Assembly (NCBI RefSeq): GCF_018350175.1
Contig: NC_058372.1
Coordinates: forward strand, 48,052,001 to 48,116,000
Direction: 5' to 3'
DNA: 64,000 nt
Source: Felis catus
Lineage: Eukaryota
Position 1 is the first letter of the stretch, and each line of letters starts with the position of its first letter. Positions 11,801 to 24,745 of this stretch are shown piece by piece. The notes beneath the pieces were generated by a model that saw only the letters and a list, made by a program, of their open reading frames with translations, searched no databases and was not told the origin of the DNA. The translations under genes and the position numbers were made by a program.

Positions 11801-12639
11801 CCATTTCTTTCAAATATTGACTCTTCAAAAAAATTCTCACCTTGAGAAATTTCAGTTAGCCATATACCTAAAACCTTTCCTGAAGCAATATTGATTTTCT
11901 CTGTGTAGAAAGTACACTCGAATTACAGGAATGTTGTACTTTATTGATATAGTATTATTTTCTCTTTTTATCAGGTGCAAGGTGTTCTAAAATCCATGAT
12001 TCCTGAATATATAATAGATTATCATAAGAAACTTCATGGGAAAAAGAATATTCTACTTGACCATTTAGATAGGAGTTTACCCTTGTGAATGTCTACCCCT
12101 TATCTGACTGTGATCAGTGACAAAATTCTTGGTAGATATTACAAAGAAGGAGGTACAGTAGAAGTCCAGCAACCAGACTGTCCTCTATTATCAAACTGTC
12201 TCTAATATTTTAACGTATATAATGATTATTTTTAGTTAAATATGCCTTCCTTCCCAGGAAACTCTCCCTAGTGGGTCTCTGAGCTTCCTTCCCTCCTTAC
12301 ATTATGAAAAAGAGAAAGAACCTGATTTTAGTTGATTTTAAATTGCTCACATATTTGCATTTTTTTCATGATCCCTTGAGCATGTTTTCCCAATCATTCC
12401 TGATAAGAATTACTCAAGAAGCTACTTAAATTTACAGATTACTGGCATCCACCTCAAGAGAGGGACCCAGAAAGGAATATTTTGAACAACTTTCCTGGGT
12501 GATGCCTATAGGCAAGTCTGGGAAATATGTCCCTTGTGTGTATCTACTAAAGAAAAAAAAAAACCCTAACACAGGGGTTCTAATCCCAAGTTCTAAAATC
12601 ATATCACCCGAGTTCATAGTTCAACTACACTCCTTACCA

Positions 12640-12795
12640 GCAGAGACAATGAATGAGTTAGCTTCTGGGCCTCTGTTTCTGACTCCATATAATGATGAAA
12701 AGAATAGTGCCTACCTGATAGGTGAAAATCAAGCATTATAGTCATATTAAGTACATAGTGCAACAATCTCAATAAATGTTCATCATTAATTAGTA
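12640..12795 (+). mobile_element. MIR (decayed)
   Basis: CTTCTGGGCCTCTGTTTC...AATAGTGCCTACCTGATAGG...CTCAATAAATGTT. Confidence 0.6.
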
Positions 12796-13574
12796 TTAAT
12801 AACATTGCATTATAGGTATATGAGATCTGAAAGTTAAAACTTTTATGCATGAATTTTTCATGCTTTAATAGTATATACCCTAAAGAAACTTGGATTTCAA
12901 GAAAACTCTTTTTCTCCTATTTAAGATTTTAAAACAGTTTAGCCTCCTTTTTCTCTCTTAAAGGAAAACATTGAGAGGGCCGCTCTGGTTCAGTTGCCAA
13001 ACTTTCTTCCTGGGAGAAGACCCAACTATAGTTTTGCTTGGGTTTAGCATTTATAACATTAGTCATAATTTGTCTCAAGAGCTGCATTCCTTTCTAAAAT
13101 GGCACACCGTTTGCCCAGGTGACTGGTCACATTTTGATGGTATTTTACCCCATTAAAAATATATATCTATCCCATGATAGAGAAAATCATCTCTAAAGAT
13201 ATGAAGAACAAGATCTGCCACAGAAACAGTGAGGATCTACAAAAAACCCTAAGGAAAAAAGGATTGGCTCCCATGAGCCACTTCTCCAAAAGTAGGGAAA
13301 CTTCAAGAACACCACAAAAGTACACAGTGAATAGAGTATTATCAACCAGAACATGGAAATATCAAAAGGTCATTTTATTCTTCTATTAGAACTGTTATAG
13401 TTCATCCTCCCCATTTAATTTGTGTATTTTAGATCAGAAAGAAAGGATACTGTTATCTCTTGCCTTCATGATAATGTGACTATTACAGACTATTTCACTT
13501 ATAATCAGATGAATAGAGAAATTTTTCTAAAACTTAAATTTTATTTTTCATGGATCTCTTGGAATTTAGCCTCA

Positions 13575-13655
13575 GAGGCCTCAAAGTACATATGAATTAC
13601 CAGGGGATCTTGTTAAAATGTAAATTCTTATCTTGTTGGTCTGGAGTGGAGCCCT
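13575..13655. mobile_element. MER5A-like hAT fragment
   Basis: GAATTACCAGGGGATCTTGTTAAAATGTAAATTCT...GGTCTGGAGTGGAGCC. Confidence 0.6.
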
Positions 13656-14208
13656 CTTAGGCTGCTCTGGGGATAGCACATGAAAACTGACCTTTAAAGA
13701 GTGGTTATCTTTCCATGATGGACAGACTATAGATAAGCAAAACCAAGTTTGACCCTTGACAATTACTTCACTTCTACCAAGAATAGGAGTCCATCTGGGG
13801 GGAGGGAACTCAGAATGTAGCTAAGTTTATTTTGCTTTGTTTTTTAGGGGTAATCTACTGAGAATGCACAGGAAATCTCTACTCCTTGGCATAGGACTAG
13901 AGCATCTTACTGCTTATCTCAAATCATGAGTGGAAAGAGACATGAGAGATGAGCATTCAGACTTTGCCCACAAGTCTATATGGGATCTGTCTGCAATCTG
14001 ATACAGTGTAGAACTTGAAACCTTGAGCTGAGACACAGAAATAAAACCCATTCAGAATTGGGCAATTGTCTTGGCAGGCAAAAGGAACTTGCATAATTAC
14101 ATAAATGATTCTGTACAACCAGAGCAATCTAAAAGGAACTTTAAACTGTTCAAAAAGCTAAAGGAAGGAATAAAATCCAGAAAACAGGTTAATTAAGAAA
14201 AAATACTT

Positions 14209-14433
14209 GGGCACCTGGGTGGCTCAGTCGGTTAAGCGTCCGGCTTCGGCTCAGGTCATGATCTCATGATCTGTGAGTTCAAGCTACGTGTCAGGCTCTG
14301 TGCTGACAGCTCAGAGCCTGGAGCCTGCTTCAGATTCTGTGTCTCCCTCTCTCTCTGCCCCTCCCCCATTCATGCTCTGTCTCTCTCTCTCTCTCTCTCA
14401 AAAATGAATAAAGATTAAAAAATATTAAAAGAA
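14209..14433 (+). mobile_element. Can-SINE
   Basis: Full head, core and tail; near-TSD AAGAAAAAATACT / AAGAAAAAAGACT. Confidence 0.95.
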
Positions 14434-14539
14434 AAGAAAAAAGACTGATATTTAAGAATCAAATAACAACTCAAGAAATGAAAAAATGCAGTAGAAATGA
14501 AAACGTAGCATTTTTGTTTTTGTAAAATGGAAGTTGCTA

Positions 14540-15830
14540 GAGTAGCTTTACATTTGATAGGAATGATCCAGAGACAGGAAGAGACTAGTTATGCAGCAGA
14601 CAGGAAAAGCTGAGCATGCAGAACCCTGACGTATATAAAAGCAGATGGACTATGAACAAAGAGGAAAGACCTATCTTTGAAAAGAAAAGCTTCCCTAATG
14701 TAAGGAACAAGAGAGAGGAATGAGGAAATGTGTGAGGACACATGAGGTTTGTGGATTCTGTGGTAGAAAATAAAGGGGTTCCCACTGAATGGCTTCCTTT
14801 TTCCCAGAAAGTATGGCACACAGTTTGTGATAAGAATGAACAGAAGAGATGTGTGATGACCAAGGAGACTAAAGAAGGAATAAAATAGTATATGCAGCAA
14901 GTAAGAAATACAACATTCTGGATAAACAGTAGGATTACAGGAAATTATTGAATGATCCTGTGAGGTTTCTGAAAATAAGCTAATATAAAATGAATGTTAT
15001 CAGCTCAAATGTATGAGTCTCTCTAGGAATTTTCTGTTTTCTTGAGGCACGGAGAAGGTAAATGTTTGGTTCAATTCAGGTTGGAATTCACTGGTGAGCA
15101 CCAATGAAGGGAAAATTAAAATTAGAGGTGAAAAAATGTTCAAGTTAGTGAATATCATGAGGGAGCAACATTTCAGCTGGACAAAGAGACAAGTGAAGAG
15201 AGGAAGGTGTGAAAAGAAGAGTAGTGGAATCAGTGGGACTGGTGGATCCATGAGGTTATAGGATATTGGCAGTAGTGGACAGTAAATCAAAATGGCTGGA
15301 AGGATAAGAGGCAGAAGAAAGTAGGGGGATTGAAATCAATATTCAGAGATGGGTGCTGCTGGTGCCAACAAAGTCCAATCTCAGTGGCCCAGGCCAGTGG
15401 GTTGGATTGTTCATCTCTTGGATATTGAAGCCAATGAGAATGATCAGGAACTAGAAGAGGAGATGACTGAGCCAAGAACACAAATGAAATGAATGACCAG
15501 GGAGCTAGTAGATGACACCACTGAAGCAGGCAAGGCCATTAGGAAACTATTACCAATTAAACCTCAAATTAAAAAAAAAGTATCAAAGGAGTAGAAATGG
15601 ACAAAGAAGGAAGAAGAAACAAGTAGTGAGGATGATGTTTTTCCAAACTCTTAGCCTTCTGATGTACTTAAGATGTGAAAGAAAAACCAATCTCCATGTG
15701 AGAGGTGGCAAGGAAACAGAATCTTCTGAAGAAAGGCAAGATGAAGGGAATGTTCCAAGGAATTCATGATGAAGTGGATTTTTTTTTGTTTTTAAATCAT
15801 ATCTCAGGAAATCCAGAAGGCAAAGTGGAA
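14540..15830 (-). mobile_element. Probable internal L2 fragment
   Basis: Long GA-rich block (TTTGATAGGAATGATCCAG, GGATATTGAAGCCAATGAGAATGA, GTAGATGAC) resembling reverse L2 ORF2. Confidence 0.5.
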
Positions 15831-16699
15831 AGGATTAGTAGGAATGAGTGAAATATTCATTCCATTTGGAAGATAGAACGAGTTAAGACATTAAGAATTA
15901 CTTAAGAATAATGCTGCTCCAGGTGTGAAGCATCAGTCCATGAACTGCAGAAGAATGAGGCATAGATAGAAAGAAACAAAGGGCCAGGGTTTCTAGGGCA
16001 GTGTGGGACATTCAAGAATCTCTAAAAAACAGATATCTAGGTGAAAGGTAAGGAAGTATTTCAATATTTTAAAAACAAACACTTACTGGGCACATATATT
16101 TTTACTGATTGATTTATTTTTATTTTATCTGAGTTGTTCCTTTTTTAAAAATTTCTGAATGAATGGAACAAAATCCAAACTATTTACAGAATTTCCTAAA
16201 ATTGACACAACATTAAGGACCAATAGCATCAATGCCAGAGTTACTGTTATTAGCCAGAAAGACCAATTCTAAAAGCAAATAACAGCCCAACTCCTCATAC
16301 CTCAGTAGTTAGAAGCAGATTCTTCTTGAACTAAAATGGTGGGAGGGTAAAAAATGGTAGGAGGGGATCGTTGTACAATCCAAGTCACCAAGTTGAACAA
16401 ACATTGATTCCTTTTATGAAGGCTGCTTCACTTCTCATTGAATGTCCCAGAGAAGCTATCTCATGTAGGTCAGTGATTCTGATACTTTACAGACAGGAAA
16501 GTTCCAGAAATTTTTAAGGATAAATTCTGAAATACCTATGAGTAAATAGAGCTGAATACATTTTTTAATCTACAGTTTCAATGTCTTAGTCAAAACAGGA
16601 TTTTTAAGTGATAATTTTAAATTAATTTTTATTAGCAACTTTAACAACTTTGAAAGTGGAATAAATGCTTATTTTCTACTAATAAAAGTGAATTTTGAC

Positions 16700-16830
16700 A
16701 AAAGAAAAAAAGTAAGCATGCCATATATTAACTATATCATTGGGTGACATATTGTTTTGTCTTATCTTTTGTATTCTCAAATTGTCTATAATATACATGA
16801 CTTACCATAAAAAAATAAAAAAGTTCATTA
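16700..16830 (+). mobile_element. Old L1ME-like 3' terminus
   Basis: TGGGTGAC...TTTGTATTCTCAAATTGTCTATAATATACATG followed by A tail. Confidence 0.5.
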
Positions 16831-17216
16831 TTAAAAGGAATAGAAGATGATTCTCATTTTCCCTCTTTACAGACTTGTTTACTCCTATCTTTAAGCTCAC
16901 ATGCAGGGATTAAATCTATGTTCTCTTCAGTGCCTAGTAATGTTGGATCTAATTAAATTTTAGCTCATTTAAAAAAAACAAAAACAAAAACTGTGGTCTT
17001 TAATGATCTCTTTTCTTTGTTAGGAATGAAGTAATCAGTCTTCTATAGCTATGCATAGGTAAACACAAAAAAATGTCTCTTCAAATGTCCTATGACATTA
17101 AATTATTACAACAAAAAAATTTAAGTATAATTTTAAGCCCATTCTCATGTACCAAAGATACAAAATATTTATCTTCCCTTTATCTGTACTACTCAGTAAA
17201 ATCCTGTTTGCTGGTG

Positions 17217-17256
17217 GTATGTGTGTGCGTGTGCATGTGTGTATGTGTGTGTGTGT
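17217..17256. repeat. Degenerate (TG)n
   Basis: GTATGTGTGTGCGTGTGCATGTGTGTATGTGTGTGTGTGT. Confidence 0.85.
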
Positions 17257-17524
17257 TTTGTTCACATATTTCATGCTCATAAATGTACCAATGGATCAAA
17301 ATTTTTAAAACCTCTTCAGTAGATAGAGAGCATGATTTTTGTTTTATGATACAAGGGGAAAGTCCTTAGGGGAAAATGTTAAGAGAATACTTTTGGCAAA
17401 AGATTAACATAGAACACTTCATTTTAAGCCAAGTTATGATTTGAACATCTTTCAAACTTTTAACATAGTATTTTAAATAAAACAAAGCCATTTTTACCTT
17501 TATCAGGTTATTTAATGGTTTTTT

Positions 17525-17760
17525 TACTTCAGTTTCTCCATCAATAAAATGGGAATAACAAAAATGGTCTTACCTACTATTCCAGTATTCATGAAGGAGT
17601 ATTAGGACAATAAAAGATAGATACCAAAACTCTTTGGGAAAAAAATAGTATTTATCATTATCATCATTTATAAAACTGGGAAGGAAACTTTTCCAGTCCC
17701 CAATTTTAGATGAAAAATCTGAGATGTTAAGAGGTGAAATGACTTGCTTAACTTCAGATG
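17525..17760. mobile_element. Two MIR fragments (plus ~17525-17660, minus ~17695-17760)
   Basis: TTCAGTTTCTCCATCAATAAAATGGGAATAAC; CCCAATTTTAGATGAAAAATCTGAG...AGAGGTGAAATGACTTGC. Confidence 0.65.
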
Positions 17761-17799
17761 GCTCCAGGCAATTCTAGGCCAACTTTTAAAAGAGCTAAT

Positions 17800-18010
17800 G
17801 GGGGTGCCTGGGTGGCTAGTCAGTTAAATGCCAGACTCTTGGTTTCTGTTCAGGTCATGATTTCACAGTTGTGGGTTCAAGCCCCATGTGAGACTCTGTG
17901 CTGATGGTGTGGAGCCTGGTGGGGATTTTCTCTTCCTCTCTCTGCCCCTCCCCTGCTCGTGCATTCTCTCTCTCTCAAAATAAATAAATAAACTTAAAAA
18001 GAATTTTTTT
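17800..18010 (+). mobile_element. Can-SINE (older subtype)
   Basis: GACTCTTGGTTTC-type head; near-TSD AAAGAGCTAATG / AAAGAGTTAATG. Confidence 0.93.
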
Positions 18011-18055
18011 AAAGAGTTAATGAAAACCAAAGCTCTTTTTAAAATAAAATCATTT

Positions 18056-18310
18056 GGAGCACCTGGGTGGCTCAGTCAGTTGAGTGTCTGACTCTTGAAT
18101 TTGGCTCAGGCCATGATCCCAGGGTCATGGGATCAAGGCCCGTGTGGGGCTCTGTGCTGAGCCTGGAGCCTGATTAAGATTCTCTTTCTCCCCCCCTCTC
18201 TCTCTTTCCTTCTGTCCCTCTCTCTCCCCTGCTTATATGCTCTCTCTCTCTCTAAAAATAAAAATAAAATAAACTTAAAGTTAAGTAAATAAATAAATAA
18301 ATAATAAAAT
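18056..18310 (+). mobile_element. Can-SINE (older subtype)
   Basis: CATGATCCCAGGGTCATGGGATC variant; TSD TAAAATCATTTG at 18045-18056 and 18311-18322. Confidence 0.93.
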
Positions 18311-20104
18311 TAAAATCATTTGTGAAATATACTAAGGGGATGTGCTAACATACATTAATGTGCTCACACTTGTAAACATCAAATTCAAAAGCTGTGTGAT
18401 GATAACTTCATAATAATAAGGGAAAGTTATCTTTTATTAGAATTCTATAGCAGCCAATGGATCAATCAAATGTGAAAAATCAATACAGATACCTTTAATA
18501 TGTAAGGACTCAGAAAATGCTTTCCATTCAACATTTCCTAATAAGGCATCTCTTAATAAGAGAAATGAGGGTATGATAAAAATTTAATGATACTCTGAAA
18601 TATAATAATATATAATATTATATTCAAACACATATATTCAAATATAATAATAGAATTAAAAACTAGGCATATAGAAACTCTAAGGGAAAAAAGGCTGAAT
18701 GAAAAAGAAAATATATTCATGGCACAATTTTTGCTTTTGTAGTCATCATTAAGAAACAGATAAGAATAAACATTGTTGGATTGTCAAATCAGACTCTCAA
18801 GAACAGGGAGATCTTATCTAGTATTAAATGTAGTGTTAATTGAAAGAATACAGATAACTGTAAGACACAGAGGTGCATGGAGAAGTCTGGAACCACCAGA
18901 AAGTTTTCCCAGTTCCTTCCCAACAATGTTAGGACATGTCCTGGCCCAGATTTATAAGATCTCAGAGTAATGCATCACTTACTCAAAGGGAGCCCTTTCC
19001 ATCATAAAATGACTCCTTCTTATACTCTGATCATGACACATCCAACATTAACATTTTCCAATAAGCCATGGGTCATAAATCTATAAATTCTAAGTTTCCC
19101 TTCAGAATGGGTTACTTTTCCCTTTCTCCCCTCTGACCCCCTCCACTTTTCCCTTCTCCATCATTGTGTCCCCAGAGTAGGAAGGATAGCATACAAACCC
19201 AATGCTAACCCATTTCCTCTGCACTAGTCATAATAATATAAACAATATTCATTGATTTTTCAACTTTTAGAAACAACCTATAACAAATCATAAGATACTT
19301 AATTTTGGTTTATGAATACAATTTAACATAATCAACCTTGACATATAAGAATAAAGTTGACAAAAGTTTGGGTTAGAATGGTAGATGAAAGAGGAAGGAA
19401 ATGTTTACAAGTGCTACTATATTCACCTTCAAAGTAGAGAACCAAGGAATACTGTCTATAATTTACCAAATAAGAAATGAAGATGTAAGCATATTACTTA
19501 AAATTACAAAGACAATGAGTAAAGGAACTAAAATTTTAACATAATTATATTGAGTGAGAGGTATGCCATTACTGTTGAGTTAAGACTCAACATATGTCTA
19601 AAATTAATAATCTAAAGCTCATAGACACAATAGTGTTTTGCAATATGGATATATACCTGTGGGAAGACAAAGGAATTGAAAAGGTGTCCACTTTTCCAAA
19701 GGCCACTATGGAGCAAGAACCTTATGCTTTTCCTTATAAGTTACACCCTACATGATCTTTTGTAACCATGTGTGGGAATTATTTTTGTACTACTTCGATA
19801 ACTTTTTTTAAATTACTAAAATAAAGACACAAATGTTCCAGTCTGGTAACATTGGGATCTACATTGGTGCTAGAGCATTAAAAAGGAGGTGTACTTGATT
19901 AAGGCTAGTTCCAAAATCACAGATTTTGCATCACAGATTCAGTCAGGAAAATTTCCCCAAAGACAAGGTGAACATCGGGGTTAAAAGCTAAGACTCTACA
20001 GCCCCACTATCCCTTCCTACACTGTGACTCTTCCTGGATCAGAAATGACTATTGTCTATTGTCTTGCAATGTTCATTCTCCATTCCATTAAGAAGAGTGC
20101 TATT

Positions 20105-20453
20105 GAGTTTTATAAAGGAACATGCCCCTTAGCTACAGAGAATTCCCAACACTCCTTGCAACTAAGTGTGGCCATGTGATTTTGTTCTGTCAGGGAGATA
20201 TGAACAGAATTGATGTTTGTCCCTTCCAGGTTGTACCCTTTAAAGAAATGAACTTCCTTTGTCTTCTCTATGTTCCCTTCGCAAGACCTGGATCCAGGGA
20301 TGGAAGCCATGTTTTTAGAAGGACAATGACTCTACCAGGCTTAGACTACCTAACTCTGTTATGTGAGAGAGAAATACACTTCTAAATTGCTTAATGTAAG
20401 CTACTGTGTTTTTGTATCTCCCTTATAGCAGCTTAGATTGTATGCTAACTAAT
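20105..20453 (+). mobile_element. MaLR solo LTR (MLT1-type)
   Basis: TTCCCAACACTCCTTGCAACTAAGTGTGGCCATGTGA...GAGAGAAATACACTTCT...TAAGCTACTG...TATAGCAGC...CTAACTAAT. Confidence 0.75.
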
Positions 20454-21237
20454 GCCTTTCCCCTTCACTGAAGGCCTTATATTCCATTCAGTTTGTGTAG
20501 GTTTTTCTCTCCTGAGTTACTCTGTCTAGTGTCAAGTTCTACTTGCCTATTGACAGACCCACATATAATTCTATCAGTATCCACAGATATACTTGTTTCA
20601 AATACATCTATTGTTATGTAGGTTTCCAATTCAATTTTGGTCAAATACTTCCCCTGATTTCCATACTTATGTTAAAAGCATCATGCCTTAGATAAATCAC
20701 TTTTATTTGAAAACTTTCAAAAACTTTAAAAGCTTAACACTTTTGCAAACTGAATTGCATGGCCCACCGATGTAATGTATAAAGTATCCCTTGTTTTTAC
20801 TTGATTTTCTTTCTTTTTCCAGTTCAATAAGCTAGACAAAAAATTATAAGAGGCTTAGTTTCCTAAAAGAGTACATGGACCTCAATTTGGATTTTCCATT
20901 AAGTGTCTAACTTGTCACCTCCCCTTGATCTTTCATATTGGGATTCTGGCTTTTCTGAGTACACCTGTGTTGAACTACCACTCGATGTGCATTCATTCTC
21001 ACCTCAGTTTCATTGGTACAGGCTTCTAATCCATTTTTGTACTGCAATTGTTGTCCTTGGTTGCAGAAATGCTGTCTATCAACTGACTTTTCCTTCATAG
21101 CTTATCTAATTTTCTTATCGATTAAATAAAACTAGACAATTACTGAATCTTGAGACTTCTCTTAAATATGCAGATTTAATGTCCTTTGTAAGTCTTGTAG
21201 CATTTGCCAAGTTATCTATTAAAATACTTTTCATTGA

Positions 21238-21505
21238 GGGGTGCCTGGGTGGCTCAGTCGGTTAAGAGCACTCAACTTCAGCTCAGGTCATGATATCACC
21301 GTTTGTGAGTTCAAGCCCTGTATTGGGCTCTGTGCTGACAGCTCAGAGCCTGGAGCCTGCTTCAGATTCTGTGTCTCCCTCTCTCTCTCTCCTGCTTGTG
21401 CAGGATTCTGTCCCTCTCCTGCTTGTGATGCTCTCACTCTCTCTCTCCCTAACAGAAATAATAAATGAATAAACTTTAAAAATATATATATTAAAAAACT
21501 AAAAC
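21238..21505 (+). mobile_element. Can-SINE with internal duplication
   Basis: Perfect 17-bp TSD AAAATACTTTTCATTGA at 21221-21237 and 21506-21522. Confidence 0.95.
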
Positions 21506-21599
21506 AAAATACTTTTCATTGAAAGGTGTGGAATACCAAAGTAAAAAATACTCATACCAATATAAGAATGGGTATTTATTACCAACTCATATAACAAAA

Positions 21600-22020
21600 A
21601 TATTGACAGTTACAGGATTGATTCGTGACTCCATATGTTATCAAATACCCAGGATCGTCTATCCATCTGCTCTGCTACACTCAAGAAGTCAATGATCTCT
21701 CCTCTTGGTTGCAGAAAGCATGCAGCTGTTCTAAGTATTACATCCTTACACAAGGTATGTACAAAACTAACCAGGGAAGACAAAGGCTCCCATTCATATA
21801 CCTTACCTTTTTCCCTTTATTAAGGAGGAATATTCTTCCAGAAAACTCCAGCATAATTTCCTTCATGCATCACAGACAAGTTCTAGCTCACGTGGTCTTT
21901 TTTAGCTGGAAGGAAATTCAGAAAGTCAGTATCTGGTATTTTCCAGCTCTCTCCCTAGTTGTTGTGTTTGGCCAGTGGGAGAAGACAGAGGAGATGGCTC
22001 TGGAGTAGGTAACCATCAGT
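21600..22020 (-). mobile_element. Probable MLT1-type LTR, decayed
   Basis: TCAAATACCCAGG...TCCATCTGCTCTGC...TGGTTGCAGAAAG...GCAGCTGTTC...TTCCAGAAAACTCCAGC...CACGTGG. Confidence 0.5.
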
Positions 22021-22955
22021 GTAAGCTACTATATAGTAAAAAAATAAATGTTGCAAAAAGGAAATTCAGGATGGTTCCAAAAAACCATCTTTCCAAAAAA
22101 CCATCCAAAAAACCAGCTTTCTTAGGAACTTCTTTCCAACTTGTCTCAGGACCCTTACTATATGAATTGAAGAAATGGATTTTTTTTCTCACTAATAAAG
22201 TTGTAAAACAGAACATATAGTTTCATCGTATTATTTTCTGTAACCAATTAGAGAAAATTAATAGATTAATCTGAATGCATGGCTTCAGTTTGTGATAACA
22301 TTTTATTATAAATTCCATATAGATCAAGAACATGATTATTTAGGGGATGTTAAAGATAGAACTATATTATTTTGTTTTTGTTTTTGTTTTTTGCTATGCG
22401 CCATAACTCCTCTCATATTGGAAATTCTATTAAAATGCAATTTGCTATATGTAGCTTTTAGAATCCCATGAGTCTCTGTTAAAGAAATTAATCACCAATT
22501 CTATGCAAATCCAAAGGCAATAAATCACAATGTTACATAAGCATAGCACTTTTTTCCTCCCTTCCTATCACACTCTAAGTTGAAACAACAGCACAAAGTT
22601 TTTTCAGCCACTAGCATACTGAAAACAAAAAGAAAACAGCTAGTTGAAGGAGAAAACATTTGTTTATCCATCTATCTGCAAATGCCAACCCAGGATAGTG
22701 CCTAATTACAAAAGTTCTGTTACATTTCCTTGCATTGGTACTTACTTTGTAGTTAGAAAGAGATATAAAATAAAGGGGAAAGTGACACACAAAAAAAGAA
22801 TTATGAAAAGAAATTCTAGTTTATAAAGTATTATGTCCATCATCTGGAACTTAATGCTCTGAGGAAAAGCTGCTGTCAGACTCCAGCATGACCAGATTAC
22901 AGGGAGGGTAAAGTTTAAGAGCTCAGACTGAAGAAAATGCAGCCTTCTCCCTTAC

Positions 22956-23066
22956 TGCAGTCACGGGAGCTGGAATTGCCGCTCTTGAGAACGTCATGTC
23001 CACATGAAAACGACACCAGCAAACCTTCATCCCAACAGCAGCTGGTAGGCAGCAGGGCTTGAATTC
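22956..23066 (-). other. Candidate 111-bp exon in a CpG-retaining block
   Basis: Minus strand CTTTTTGTGGTCTATCAG| ... GCA|GTAAGG; two open frames, neither recognised. Confidence 0.25.
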
Positions 23067-23631
23067 CTGATAGACCACAAAAAGCTACTGATCCTTGCGG
23101 AAAACTCTGAGACGCATTCTAATGCAACTCATCGAGCTTAAATTTTAAGCATTTTTTTTCCCTCTGAGCAGCAGGAACAGATGAACTCTCAAGAAATAAA
23201 GATCTCATTTTCATGGAAATCATCTCCCAAGAACGAGAGAAAAAAATAAAGAAAATGTATGAGGTAGGCTTGGGATTGCTGTAAAAGACAACAGGTGTCA
23301 GGGTTTTCCATAAGGACTTAACTATTCCTCGAGGTATATTTTAATGACTTTCGAACAGTTGACATAGTTTATCTTCCCTTTGGAGTAAACGGGATTCTGG
23401 TAACCAAGTGCAATATAATCAGCTTAGAAAAACAAAGTTTAGCAACATAACTACCAAACGTGCAAGACTACTCCGTGCCTAAGGTTAAAATGTCAACAGG
23501 ACTTATGGGCACTAGGCAAGGATAAAGCCTAACTGGTATGTGGTTCCTAGTAATGGGCCTGACTTTCTTTCTAAGTACTCTTGTGATACAGCCATACTTC
23601 TGATCAGATAATAAAAACGTAATAAAACTTC

Positions 23632-23802
23632 AGAGGGCCTCAATCTATGACTCATCAGAAGCACTGGAGAGCTCTTCAAAATGTACACACTAGGACCCCA
23701 ACCCCAGGATTATTGATTCAGAAGGTCTGAGTGCAGCCCCAGGCAACTGTATTTAAAATGCTGCAAGGGGATCTGCTGGGCACCAAAGGTTGCAAATCAC
23801 TG
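23632..23802. mobile_element. MER5-family hAT MITE
   Basis: CATCAGAAGCACTGGAGAGCT...TGATTCAGAAGGTCTG...GGTTGCAAATCACTG. Confidence 0.7.
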
Positions 23803-23919
23803 AAATACCCACTAACTTAACACAGAGCTGCCAGAAGTATTTATATTCCGATCTCAAATATGGGATTGATAGGAAAGTTTGATATAAAACAGGAGACATT
23901 CATGAGCTTATTAAAAGCT

Positions 23920-24070
23920 TATTGTTCTGTCTCTTCCAGCCCCCAGCTCCATTAATCTGCAAGCTTCACAGAGACAGAGATTATGTTCACCTTTGCACTC
24001 CCAACAACAAATCTGGTTGCTGGTACATGCTAAGCATTCTGCAAATGCTTGTGGAACAAATAATGAATCT
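23920..24070 (+). mobile_element. L2 3' end
   Basis: CTGCAAGCTTCACAGAGACAGAGAT...CTGGTACAT...AAATGCTTGTGGAACAAATAATGAAT. Confidence 0.6.
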
Positions 24071-24287
24071 TGCATGCAATGAATTCCCATATATTCTTCT
24101 TAGCATTTTCAAGGAAATGACGGATATGTGAAATTGCAGCACCAAATATTCAACCCCTCATTTTTACTGAAAAAGAAAAGCAACAAAAATAGAAGCTTTA
24201 ACACTAGAACAATGACAATGTTTCAACATTTTATGATCACAAATTTGGGGGCAGCTTAATGAAGGGATCCCATAAAGAATGTTTCCA

Positions 24288-24452
24288 GGGGTGCCTGGGT
24301 GGCTCAGTCAGTTAAGCATCTGACTTTGGCTCAGGTCATGATCTCATGGTTTGTAAGTTTGAGCCCTGAGTCGGGCTCTGTGCTGATAGCGCGGAGCCTG
24401 GAGCCTGCTTCAGATTCTGTGTCTCCCTCTCTCTCTGCCCCTCTCCAGCTCA

Positions 24453-24544
<92 letters not shown>

Positions 24545-24580
24545 ATAATAAATAAACACTAAAAAACAAAATTTAAAAAA
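24288..24580 (+). mobile_element. Can-SINE with long (CT)n at ~24456-24541
   Basis: TSD AAAGAATGTTTCCAG at 24274-24288 and 24581-24595. Confidence 0.95.
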
Positions 24581-24588
24581 AAAGAATG

Positions 24589-24656
24589 TTTCCAGACCAG
24601 AAAGGCCTCAGTGAACTATTCATTTCCAGACCAGAAAGGCCTCAGTGAACTGTTCA
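24589..24656 (+). repeat. 34-bp tandem duplication
   Basis: TTTCCAGACCAGAAAGGCCTCAGTGAACT(A/G)TTCA twice, one mismatch. Confidence 0.92.
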
Positions 24657-24675
24657 CAAGGATAAATATGTTGCA

Positions 24676-24697
24676 TTTCTTTCTTTCTTTCTCTTTT

Positions 24698-24745
<48 letters not shown>

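Noticed and set aside
11955..12160. Strong plus-strand acceptor followed by a short open frame
   Set aside because: Frame ends in a stop before a weak donor; peptide not recognised
24299..24562. SLSLSL and RERERE ORFs; also the poly-Tyr ORF at 47746-48009
   Set aside because: Translations of (CT)n and (TAT)n microsatellites
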